Source: Candidatus Heimdallarchaeota archaeon
Lineage (GTDB): Archaea > Asgardarchaeota > Heimdallarchaeia > JABLTI01
Direction of reading: 5' to 3'
DNA: 19,322 nucleotides
Assembly: GCA_019056785.1 (NCBI GenBank)
Contig: DXJV01000014.1
Span: 1 to 19,322, forward strand
Shown one piece after another: positions 1 through 8,125 of this stretch. A program made the translations under genes and the position numbers. The notes beneath the pieces were generated by a model that ran no database searches, had not been told where the DNA came from, and saw nothing but the letters and a program-made list of their open reading frames with translations. The first letter of the stretch is position 1. Every line of letters begins with the position of its first letter.

Positions 1-71
1 AATGGCATTACACTTAGACATATCATTACTGCGATAGGAAGTACCATTCTTCTTAAATCCTTCTTGATCAA
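1..71 (-). CDS. N-terminal fragment of a probable secreted/membrane-anchored protein (truncated by window edge)
   Basis: Manual translation from TTG at 71 gives MIKKDLRRMVLPIAVMICLSVMP..., a basic n-region plus hydrophobic stretch typical of a signal peptide. GGAAGG lies upstream (82-87). An in-frame GTG at 89 is an alternative start. Not in the ORF track. Confidence 0.65.
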   Translation of the reverse strand, partial: MIKKDLRRMVLPIAVMICLSVMP

Positions 72-147
72 AGTTTTTGTACCTTCCACTTAGAAGTTTT
101 TTTTTGACGCGTTTTTTTTGCGTCTTTATATTTTATTAGAATACTCC

Positions 148-164
148 TTTAAAAATTTTTGCCG
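148..164 (-). promoter_or_regulatory. Candidate archaeal BRE-TATA promoter for the left-edge gene
   Basis: Minus strand reads CGGCAAAAA-TTTTTAAA, about 80 nt upstream of the start at 71. Confidence 0.4.
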
Positions 165-343
165 TCTTGGGTTGCTACTCTTTTTTGAGTTGTTTTTCCT
201 TTTTTTCAGTCATTTTCTTCCCCTCTTCCGGCTGTTCTTCTTTTTTGTTTCCTTTGCTCCTTGAACTTCTTACTTTTTCCTTTTTTTTCTTCTGTTGTTA
301 TCTTCCAAGTTGTTTTCTTTTGTCTTTCTACCTCGTTAAAAAA

Positions 344-524
344 TCAATGGTCCACTCTACTAGCGGAACATTTTTGTCGGCTGTGGGCCTATTGCCTGGA
401 CGGCGTGTCGTTTGCTGGAATGAGCAATTGCCTTCGAGCTCAGTCGTTTTTCATGCGGTAAAAAGAGTTTGGCGTGAACGACTCGCAGATTTTCGTGTGT
501 GGTTCGAGTTGCTTTCTAACTCTT
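344..524. repeat. Diverged ~180-bp intergenic element, copy 1
   Basis: 344-380 aligns to 657-694 at 30/38 columns by hand. Colinear blocks continue: ctgg..gtgtc, and gtg-gtt-cgag-N8-taactctt at 499-524. Confidence 0.6.
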
Positions 525-656
525 GTTTTGTTTTTGCCTTTTGTTTGCGATGCACTTTTTTCTAAGTTGTTTTTCTGCTTTTTTTCCCTTGCTTTTCCCC
601 TCCTGTGCTTCTAAATTCCAAACTGCCTTTTTTTTGCCTTTCTAAATTGCAAAAAG

Positions 657-841
657 TCAATGGGCCACTCTATTGGCTGAGCTCTTTTTGTCAGTTTTTA
701 CTTGTTGAACTGGTCAAAGTGTCCGCTCCAGCCTTCTTTTTAAACTTGCCATAGCACAAGACATCAAGAATTCATTTTTCCCAGTCCCCCTCGACAAGTT
801 GCCTGACTGATAAGTGAGTTCCGAGACAAACAATAGCTCTT
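657..841. repeat. Diverged ~180-bp intergenic element, copy 2
   Basis: tcaatgggccactctattggctgagctctttttgtcag at 657-694 and gtgagttccgag-N8-tagctctt at 814-841. The offset to copy 1 stays at 313-317 bp. Confidence 0.6.
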
Positions 842-909
842 CTTTGCCGGTCTTTTTTCTGTTTTGTTTTTTTTTGCTGCGTGTTTTTTTGCCTTTCCTT
901 TTTTTCCTC

Positions 910-3771
910 TCATTCTCCTCTTAGTGTGCTTATTATTTTCTCTTTCCGGTATTTTCTTATTGTTGGCATTATTCCCAAGCAATTCATTATTATTTGTGTT
1001 ATTGCCATTGCTGCCAGCAGTCCTCCTGGTATTGTTAGTGTGAATGGTAAGATCGTTTGTGCTGTTATTAGTGGTATCAGCAGTTTTGCCGTTCCGCAGA
1101 CGAATGCTATTCCCAATCCCATTCCTATGATTGTTGCTGTTGTGCTTATTATTGCCTGTTCTGTGAGTATTTCTTTACTTATCTCCCTTCTTTTTTCTCC
1201 TAGTGCCATTTTTATTGCCAGTTCTTGTGTTCTTTGTTTCAACGTAAAATCGGTGAAGACCACCACCAGTGTTATCATTACCACTGCGATTATCCCCACC
1301 GCCATCCAGAATAGATTCTTTGCTTTTGGGAGGTAATTTGTTATGAATGTTCCTATGAACTGTTCGTTCAACTCCTCTGGATTCACTTCAATATTTGCCA
1401 GTAGTTCGTTTACTTTTTCTGCTGCTGTTTCAACGCTTGCGTCCGGATAGACACTTGCCAAAAATAATTGACACATTCTTACTCCCAGTTCATTTTTGAA
1501 ATAGTCCTCATTTATCACCACATACCCGTCGTATGGTTGCAGCAGTTCCAGATTTCTCCCATCTGCCAGCCCCAAGCCTGGAGCTGAATTTATTATCCCC
1601 ACAATTGTAAATCTTCTCGAGTAAATTCCCCCCGGCAGATTGTTTAATGGCAAATTGTCGCCCACTGTTAAGTTCAATTGCTCTGCCAGTCTTTTCCCAA
1701 TAATGATGCCATTTGCTGTTTCCCCCAGCGCGTAGAGGTTTTCAAATGAGTTTCCTTCTGGAAAGCTACTTTCATCCCATTTTCCCACCCTTGAGTAGCT
1801 GGTTGGTTCCACCCCATACACTGTATAGTCATTATAGGCAATGCTTCCTTTTGTCTTGAAAATTGGCACGACTTCATTTATCTCTTCGATGGCACTAATG
1901 TTCTCTTTAAATGACTCATCTAAGGGGTACGTTGCTATCCGTAAATCTGCTCCGTTCCTGTAGGCGTGCTCCTTTGCATCCATTTGTGCTATTGACACCG
2001 CTGTTACTAACGAGAATGTCATCACTGCTGTTGCAATGATCATTGCATAAGTTATTTGACTTAAGCGTTTGTCTTTTCGCCGCAAATTATTCTGCAGGAA
2101 GAATGCCTTTGTTATCAGCAGTCGTTTGTAGAGCCAGTGCATTTTTGGGAATAACCGCTCTCTTACCTCTGTTGCTAGGAAGAGTGACAGAAAGACCAAT
2201 AAAATAGTTGTTAGAATAAAGGCATACCCTGCATCTGCTGCCAGTGCTGCTGAGAATGTCTCTTTTGCTCGTACTTGCGGCAGTGTTTTAATCAATGCCA
2301 ATAAAAGAGCGATGATTGTTATAATTGTTCCTCCAACTTGTATTCCCAAGAGGACTTTTCGTTCTAGCTGTTTCTGTTCTTTTTGCCCATAATCTGTTTG
2401 TTGTTGATATTGTGACATTTCCCACCATACTTTGAATAAGGCGAAACCAATGAGTAATGCTCCTAACCCGGCTATCGTTCCAAAAAAGAATGGCGCAGCA
2501 ATTCTTGTTTCTTTGAGGAAAAGGCTGAATCTTTGTGGCTGGAAAGTCCCTGCCGGGAATGCAGGGATCAATGCTGCCAAAAAAAAGGAGAAGGTTATGC
2601 CTAGTAGCATGCCAATTATTGTTGCCAGTATAAATTCCAGGATAAACAAGAAAATGATTTGAGTTGTGTCTGCTCCTCTATCCCGCAATAATGCCACTTC
2701 CTGTTTCCGTGCTTTTATTGTGATATTTGTTGTTTCTACCGTCAAGACCAATGTGACGACAATCACCGGTATTATGAACACTATCGTATAGGATGCCCGT
2801 GTGTACGCAGCCAACAAGGTTTCCAGGGGCGCCTTAAAGACAAAAATAAACATCGCAGGATAGTCTTTTTTAATTTGCTCAGAAAAGAGCGTCATGGTAT
2901 TGAGTATATTTTCAAACCCATTTTTCGTCAGTTCTTCTTTATTGAATTTTATAAAGAGAATGTAGGGGACATCATTTACCGCCATGACATCACGATCCGA
3001 CGAGTTTAACTTTGCCAATGGAAAAATGATCGAATCTGCCAGCCAGTCCACTTTTACCGCTGACTCTATCACTGACACACTCTCTTTTACCGTATAAATC
3101 GCTCCTACGGTAAAATTCTGGAACATTGTTGGGAGAAAGCTCTCAATCCGGTCTTGCCCATACGCTGGATTAGGGAGTTTTTTTGCAATGGAAAGATTAA
3201 CTTTCGACCCTACAGTTATTTCTTGATTTAGTGTTGTTGAAAGCTCTTCTGCCTCTTTCAAACTTAGAAGGATAGTCTGCTCATTTACTGTAAAATTTCC
3301 TTCATAATAAAACATGAAACGTATCTGATCTAACGTGGTTTGATTGGTAATCAGAGCATTTGTTATCGAAACCGGGTCCGATTGATTTTGCGTTTCCTCT
3401 GGTAAGCAAACATATGTTAATGGTTTATTCTCAGTGTTAAAGAGCGCCGCCGAAGTATAGGCAGTTGTATACAGCGCCACTAAGGGATATGTTTGCAAGC
3501 TTTCTTGTACTCGTATAATGTCCTCCGGATTTTGAGAGGAAAACATGTAAGCTTGAAAGTCTTGGTTCTCTAAGAAATCATTTACTGCTAAATATTTCGC
3601 CGTTGTTGCCCAGGTGTTCAAGGACAGCAAAATTGTCAGCGAAATGCTAAAACCAAAAATAACCATGAACATGTGTTTTTTATGGTGGAGGATGTTTTTC
3701 GCTGCTAGAGAAATCAGATAACCAATATTACGGTTTTTCTTGGTCACAAACTCACCAACCCACGGAGTCAT
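910..3771 (-). CDS. ABC transporter permease, duplicated FtsX/MacB-like
   Basis: 953 aa with two TM clusters each preceded by a large extracytoplasmic domain. FtsX-type motifs RKQEVALLRDRGA and RTQELAIKMALG; GADLRI motif. ATG abuts the ATPase stop (TGAATG). Confidence 0.9.
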   Translation of the reverse strand: MTPWVGEFVTKKNRNIGYLISLAAKNILHHKKHMFMVIFGFSISLTILLSLNTWATTAKYLAVNDFLENQDFQAYMFSSQNPEDIIRVQESLQTYPLVALYTTAYTSAALFNTENKPLTYVCLPEETQNQSDPVSITNALITNQTTLDQIRFMFYYEGNFTVNEQTILLSLKEAEELSTTLNQEITVGSKVNLSIAKKLPNPAYGQDRIESFLPTMFQNFTVGAIYTVKESVSVIESAVKVDWLADSIIFPLAKLNSSDRDVMAVNDVPYILFIKFNKEELTKNGFENILNTMTLFSEQIKKDYPAMFIFVFKAPLETLLAAYTRASYTIVFIIPVIVVTLVLTVETTNITIKARKQEVALLRDRGADTTQIIFLFILEFILATIIGMLLGITFSFFLAALIPAFPAGTFQPQRFSLFLKETRIAAPFFFGTIAGLGALLIGFALFKVWWEMSQYQQQTDYGQKEQKQLERKVLLGIQVGGTIITIIALLLALIKTLPQVRAKETFSAALAADAGYAFILTTILLVFLSLFLATEVRERLFPKMHWLYKRLLITKAFFLQNNLRRKDKRLSQITYAMIIATAVMTFSLVTAVSIAQMDAKEHAYRNGADLRIATYPLDESFKENISAIEEINEVVPIFKTKGSIAYNDYTVYGVEPTSYSRVGKWDESSFPEGNSFENLYALGETANGIIIGKRLAEQLNLTVGDNLPLNNLPGGIYSRRFTIVGIINSAPGLGLADGRNLELLQPYDGYVVINEDYFKNELGVRMCQLFLASVYPDASVETAAEKVNELLANIEVNPEELNEQFIGTFITNYLPKAKNLFWMAVGIIAVVMITLVVVFTDFTLKQRTQELAIKMALGEKRREISKEILTEQAIISTTATIIGMGLGIAFVCGTAKLLIPLITAQTILPFTLTIPGGLLAAMAITQIIMNCLGIMPTIRKYRKEKIISTLRGE

Positions 3772-4551
3772 TCACGCCCGTTTTTTTCTTTTTTTGCTTT
3801 TCTTGGAAGCAGGCTTTTTTTGATAGAGAGCTTTTGCAACTCGAAAGTCGAAAGCCTTTTTGTCTTTAATATGCTCTTCTACCAGCTTTCCATCACGGAG
3901 AACTAAAATTCGATCTGCCCGGACTGCAATTTCAGGGTCGTGCGTGGTAATTATGACTCCCAGGTTTTCTTTTTTGATTAATCCCTGGATAAGATCCATG
4001 ATTTCATCTCCCAAGGTTGTATCCAACGCTCTTGTAGGCTCGTCACAGATAAGGATTCTTGGGTCATTTGCAATGGCGCGAGCAACGACTACTCTTTGTT
4101 TTTGCCCGTTCGAGAGTTGATGGGGGTATTTGTTTACCATCGCACTCATTTCCACTCGATCCAAGAGTTGTAAAGCTTTGTTTAAAGCAAACTCTTCGGA
4201 ATGTCCGGCGAGGATTATTGGTGTCATGACGTTCTCGATAGCCGTCATACTGGGAATTAAATAGAATTCCTGGAAGACCATTCCCATGTTTTGCTGCCGA
4301 AAAATTCGAAACTCCTCTTCTGAGAGCTGAGTTAGGTCCTTACCATTGATTAGGATTTTTCCCTTGGTAACGCTATCAATACCAAAGAGCAAATTAAGTA
4401 AAGTCGTCTTCCCACTTCCTGAGACCCCCACCACTGCGAGAAGTTCTCCCTTATGTAATTGAAATGTAACACCTTTAAGAACAGCTAAAGAACCGGTTTG
4501 AATTTGATAAGACTTGTAAACATCCACACATTCTAAGATTGTTTTTATCAA
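3772..4551 (-). CDS. ABC transporter ATP-binding protein, LolD/MacB/SalX-like
   Basis: Walker A GVSGSGKT, Q-loop VFQ, signature LSNGQKQR, Walker B ILICDEPT, H-loop THD. TTG start with GGAAGG upstream; Lys-rich C-tail. Confidence 0.93.
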   Translation of the reverse strand: MIKTILECVDVYKSYQIQTGSLAVLKGVTFQLHKGELLAVVGVSGSGKTTLLNLLFGIDSVTKGKILINGKDLTQLSEEEFRIFRQQNMGMVFQEFYLIPSMTAIENVMTPIILAGHSEEFALNKALQLLDRVEMSAMVNKYPHQLSNGQKQRVVVARAIANDPRILICDEPTRALDTTLGDEIMDLIQGLIKKENLGVIITTHDPEIAVRADRILVLRDGKLVEEHIKDKKAFDFRVAKALYQKKPASKKSKKRKKRA

Positions 4552-4966
4552 TTAATTGTACCTTCCTTTTTGATTCTCACAATAGTTGTAGAATCTCTCA
4601 TATTTCCGTCTTGGAGAGGGTTTTCTTATTGCTATGCCGACAAATGAGCCAATCGAATTTTCTTTGCCAAACTCTTTGTGTATATTTATCTTAAGTGTAA
4701 TAAAAAAGTAAGTGTCAATTTAAGTAATGAAGAAACATTTGGCGTGAAAAGAAACCACTGACATTCCACTTCTCGAAAGCTTTTGAACCTTTTCGAAGAA
4801 TAAGAAAGAATTTTTTAGTACAACAAGCTATAAATTAGCATGTGTGTAAAATCTCCTTGGGATTATACTATTCAAGGAAATATTCATAAAGAATAAAAAT
4901 AAGCGATAAAAAGGCATGGAAATGTACCAAGCATTTTCGAAATTCCACTAAGAGCGTGATAAATAA

Positions 4967-5971
4967 ATGGCTTCAGAATCAGAAAATGAAAATGTTCTCT
5001 TAGAATTACGTGATCTTAGGAAATGGTTTCCTGTAAAAGAGCAAGGATTTATTGCTTCTCGCCAGGTTGCAAATGTTAAGGCAGTTGATGGGGTCAATCT
5101 TCAAATCTATAAAGGAGAAACGTTAGGGCTAGTTGGAGAAAGTGGTTGTGGTAAGACAACAACCGGCAAAGTCATCGTTAAATTAGAACCACCAACAACA
5201 GGGCAAGTGCTCTATCGGGGGCAAGACATTTATTCATTCCATACCCGAGAAGATGAAATGTATTTCAAACGTAATGTTCAAATGATTTTCCAGGACCCCT
5301 ATAGCTCTCTCAACCCTAGAATGTTAGTTATGGACATTATCGGTGAAGGATTACAAATCCATGAATCCCATATGCCACGACTACAACGAGAGCAAATTGT
5401 TTATGATCTTTTGGAGAAAGTTGGCTTAGAAGATTATCACGCAATGAGATACCCCCACGAATTCTCAGGAGGACAACGACAACGGATTGGTATTGCCCGT
5501 GCTTTAGCTGTCAATCCCGAATTGGTGGTGGCAGATGAGCCTGTCTCAGCACTTGATGTTTCTGTCCAAGCACAGATTTTGAATCTGATGCAGGACCTTC
5601 AAAAAGAATTTAATCTTACGTATATTTTCGTTGCGCATGACTTATCGGTCATTAAACATGTGAGTGATCGAGTAGCGGTCATGTATTTGGGAACAATTGT
5701 AGAATATGGAACTAACAGGCAAATCTTCACAAAAACGGCTCACCCCTATTCTGTAGCCCTCATGTCAGCTATCCCCAGACCAGATCCTCGAAGAAAAATG
5801 AAGCGAATTGTTTTACCCGGGGAACCGCCCTCACCAATTAACATTCCTTCTGGTTGCAGATTCCACCCAAGATGCTACAAATCAGACAATGATAAATGCA
5901 TCAAAGAGGATCCACCGATGATTGAGCTCGAGCCAGGGCATTTTGTGAAGTGCCACTATCCAGAGATGTAA
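4967..5971 (+). CDS. oppF: Oligopeptide/dipeptide ABC transporter ATPase, OppF/DppF type
   Basis: VKAVDGV, GESGCGKT, QMIFQDPYSSLNPR, YPHEFSGGQRQRIGIARAL, DEPVSALDVS, HPY, and C-terminal GCRFHPRC..C..CH Cys cluster. Confidence 0.93.
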   Translation: MASESENENVLLELRDLRKWFPVKEQGFIASRQVANVKAVDGVNLQIYKGETLGLVGESGCGKTTTGKVIVKLEPPTTGQVLYRGQDIYSFHTREDEMYFKRNVQMIFQDPYSSLNPRMLVMDIIGEGLQIHESHMPRLQREQIVYDLLEKVGLEDYHAMRYPHEFSGGQRQRIGIARALAVNPELVVADEPVSALDVSVQAQILNLMQDLQKEFNLTYIFVAHDLSVIKHVSDRVAVMYLGTIVEYGTNRQIFTKTAHPYSVALMSAIPRPDPRRKMKRIVLPGEPPSPINIPSGCRFHPRCYKSDNDKCIKEDPPMIELEPGHFVKCHYPEM

Positions 5972-6004
5972 TCATTGAGACTATCTAGCATTTTCTTAGA
6001 AGCT

Positions 6005-6030
6005 TCTCCCTTTTTTCCTTTATTTTCTTG
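6005..6030 (+). terminator. Pyrimidine/oligo-T tract, probable archaeal terminator after oppF
   Basis: tctcccttttttcctttattttcttg about 35 nt after the stop. Confidence 0.4.
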
Positions 6031-6175
6031 TAAAACGAAAGATTTTTGTTTCTTTGGAAGCTATTTCTCTGTAATTTATCAGTAAATTCAAATAGAGAAA
6101 AATAATGAATCTACTAAAAAGACTTAATAAAAAGAAATGGTTATTCCTTAATAGTTAACAGAACGGTGAATTTTA

Positions 6176-7210
6176 ATGGTGGAACCCCTACTGGAAGTCA
6201 AAGACCTCGTGACATACTTCTTCACAGAATCAGGGATAGTTGAAGCCCTTGATGGCATCAATTTAACGGTCTATCCAAAGGAGTCTGTAGGAGTGGTAGG
6301 CGAGTCTGGTTGTGGAAAGACGCAGACAGCTTATTCTATTTTGAAAATTTTAGCACAAAATGGTAAAATAATGAGTGGACAGGTTCTCTACAAAGGACAA
6401 GATCTTGTGCCAATGTCTGAAGCAGAAATGCGGAGAATTCGAGGTAAAGAAATAGCCATGATTTTTCAGGACCCAATGACTTCTCTAAACCCTGTCATGA
6501 AAATCTCAGATCAGATGATAGAGATTATTGCCATGCATCGAGATGTTTCTGAAGAAGAAGCACGAGAAATAGCTATTGAAGCACTTACAGCAGTAGGTAT
6601 TTCGGATGCGGCGAATCGCATTGATGAATATCCCCATAAATTTAGTGGCGGGATGCGCCAGAGAATTCTTATTGCTCGGGCACTAGCCTTACGACCATCC
6701 TTATTAATTGCTGATGAACCTACAACAGCATTAGATGTCACCATCCAAGCACAAGTTCTTGAAATCATTAAAGAGATGAAAGAGCAATTCAATTTGGCGC
6801 TTATGTTAATCACCCACAATCTAGGTGTTGTCGCAGAATTAACTGACCGGGTCCACATCTTTTATGGCGGGAGAGTTGCTGAAGTAGCTTCAACCTATGA
6901 TATTTTCACACGACCAATGCATCCCTATACTATTGCTTTGCTAGAAAGTATCCCTTCTCTTGATGTTGAAAAAGGGCGCTTGGCAACCATCCCTGGAAGT
7001 GTTCCTCAATTAATTAATCCACCATCAGGTTGCAGGTTCCATCCAAGATGCAAATATGCCAAAGAAAAGTGTTCGAAAGAAATACCCCTTATGGAAGAGA
7101 AGGAACCAGGACGCTTTGTGGCTTGCCATTATTGGGAAGAAGTGGAAATTAGTGACATAGCAGAAGAGGTTATTGGGTCACATAAAAATAAAATTAAGCA
7201 AAAGACATAA
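6176..7210 (+). CDS. oppD: Oligopeptide/dipeptide ABC transporter ATPase, OppD/DppD type
   Basis: GESGCGKT, IRGKEIAMIFQDPMTSLNP, FSGGMRQR, ADEPTTALDVTIQAQ, HPYT, GCRFHPRC. GGTGA ribosome site upstream. Confidence 0.93.
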   Translation: MVEPLLEVKDLVTYFFTESGIVEALDGINLTVYPKESVGVVGESGCGKTQTAYSILKILAQNGKIMSGQVLYKGQDLVPMSEAEMRRIRGKEIAMIFQDPMTSLNPVMKISDQMIEIIAMHRDVSEEEAREIAIEALTAVGISDAANRIDEYPHKFSGGMRQRILIARALALRPSLLIADEPTTALDVTIQAQVLEIIKEMKEQFNLALMLITHNLGVVAELTDRVHIFYGGRVAEVASTYDIFTRPMHPYTIALLESIPSLDVEKGRLATIPGSVPQLINPPSGCRFHPRCKYAKEKCSKEIPLMEEKEPGRFVACHYWEEVEISDIAEEVIGSHKNKIKQKT

Positions 7211-7346
7211 TTCACAGTGAAAAGTAATACAATAATCATATCTATTGTGAATTTAAGTGGCTCACAGTTAGATATGAGGATTATTTTTTTAATCTATTTT
7301 TTTTCTATTAAACCTATTTTATGAAAGAACATTATCCTAGAATTAA

Positions 7347-7390
7347 CAAAAAAGCTTTAAAAAAACAAATGGGCGATATTTAATTGGAGA
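7347..7390 (+). promoter_or_regulatory. Candidate BRE-TATA and Shine-Dalgarno for the orphan at 7400
   Basis: CAAAAAAG-CTTTAAAA (7347-7362) and GGAGA (7386-7390) ahead of ATG 7400. Confidence 0.45.
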
Positions 7391-7399
7391 GTTTTAACA

Positions 7400-7938
7400 A
7401 TGAAAAAGGAAAATCATTTTATGAAGATTCTAGTTAGTGGGATTGTTATTAACGTTAATGACCTCTAGTTCAACAACTAACTATTATTGCCCCGGAAATT
7501 GATCCTAGAAGTGGCGGTGGTGGAGGTTGGGCAAGTTGGGAATCAACATTTTCTCCATGGGAAACTTACTATGTTGGTTCTGGTGGTTGTATTAGGATTA
7601 AACACATATTTCTACAGGGATGGATAAACAATAAACTTAATGAGGTAATCATTAGTAGAGTATGCTTCCAATTATCATCAACATGGGATCCTTTAGTTTC
7701 TTACTCTGCACAGATTCAAATCTACTTTAATCCTGGTGCTATAAAACAAAGTGATAGGACGGTAGCTATTGCCGATCCACCGACCTATCCGGAATTTGGC
7801 TACTTTGAGATACCCCTTCTTACTTCATTGTATGCTGATTTTGGCCAAGATGTCTATTTTACAGTTTATGTTTGGGTTTCTAATTTTGATAGGACAAGTT
7901 CCCAATGTAACCATAGCTGGGCTATAACTGTACCATAA
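7400..7938 (+). pseudogene. Orphan secreted-type protein with frameshifted 5' end (pseudogene, recoded gene or sequence error)
   Basis: The ATG 7400 frame stops at TAG 7466-7468. A different frame is open for 158 codons (7462-7938: ...IIAPEIDPRSGGGGGWASWESTFSPWETYYVGSGGCIRIKH...SWAITVP*) with no start codon near its 5' end. The intermediate frame supplies hydrophobic GLLLTLMT. Confidence 0.7.
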
Positions 7939-7944
7939 ACGAAA

Positions 7945-7979
7945 TTTTTTTCAAACAACCCTTTCTTTTTTGAAAAAAA
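7945..7979. terminator. T/A-rich inverted repeat, probable terminator between convergent units
   Basis: tttttttcaaa (7945-7955) / tttgaaaaaaa (7969-7979), directly after the 7938 stop. Confidence 0.45.
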
Positions 7980-8125
7980 ATATAAAACTTGAAATGAAGT
8001 GTTTTAATTAAAACTAGCTTTTTTTTACGGCAAAAATTATAGAGGTGATTTGAATTATAAAAAAAGGAAAGATTTAGAATACTAAATCTGTTATCTATTC
8101 ATTCCTTTTAGTTTAATATAATTTA

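Noticed and set aside
167-565. 132-aa Phe/Ser/Leu-rich ORF and nested 261-461 ORF
   Set aside because: By-product of the T-rich tract, which lacks the A needed for stop codons; low complexity and no ribosome site.
344-700. Repeat heads as CRISPR repeats or ORB origin boxes
   Set aside because: Only two diverged copies 313 bp apart, no cas or orc1/cdc6 in the window, and only a partial CCACT resemblance to ORB with no G-string.
764-982. Lys-rich 72-aa minus ORF resembling a histone-like tail
   Set aside because: Overlaps the permease end out of frame, and its composition follows the poly-A skew.
881-1336. Antisense/shadow ORFs (also 2432, 3860, 6511, 8178, 10554, 10812, 13384, 18030, 18849 etc.)
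   Set aside because: They lie opposite or inside well-supported genes and carry no motifs; 18849-19211 is antisense to the DUF362-like gene.
910-1400. Diversity-generating retroelement as the cause of the A-skew
   Set aside because: No template/variable repeat pair or reverse transcriptase is seen, and the skew is a broad gradient.
4967-7210. Nucleotide similarity between oppF and oppD (e.g. ggttgcag.ttcca.ccaagatgc)
   Set aside because: Expected from conserved paralogous protein motifs; not a mobile repeat.
8027-8085. GAGGTGAT followed by TTG and an 11-codon ORF
   Set aside because: No spacing between the ribosome site and the start, very short, and it lies in the oppC terminator zone.
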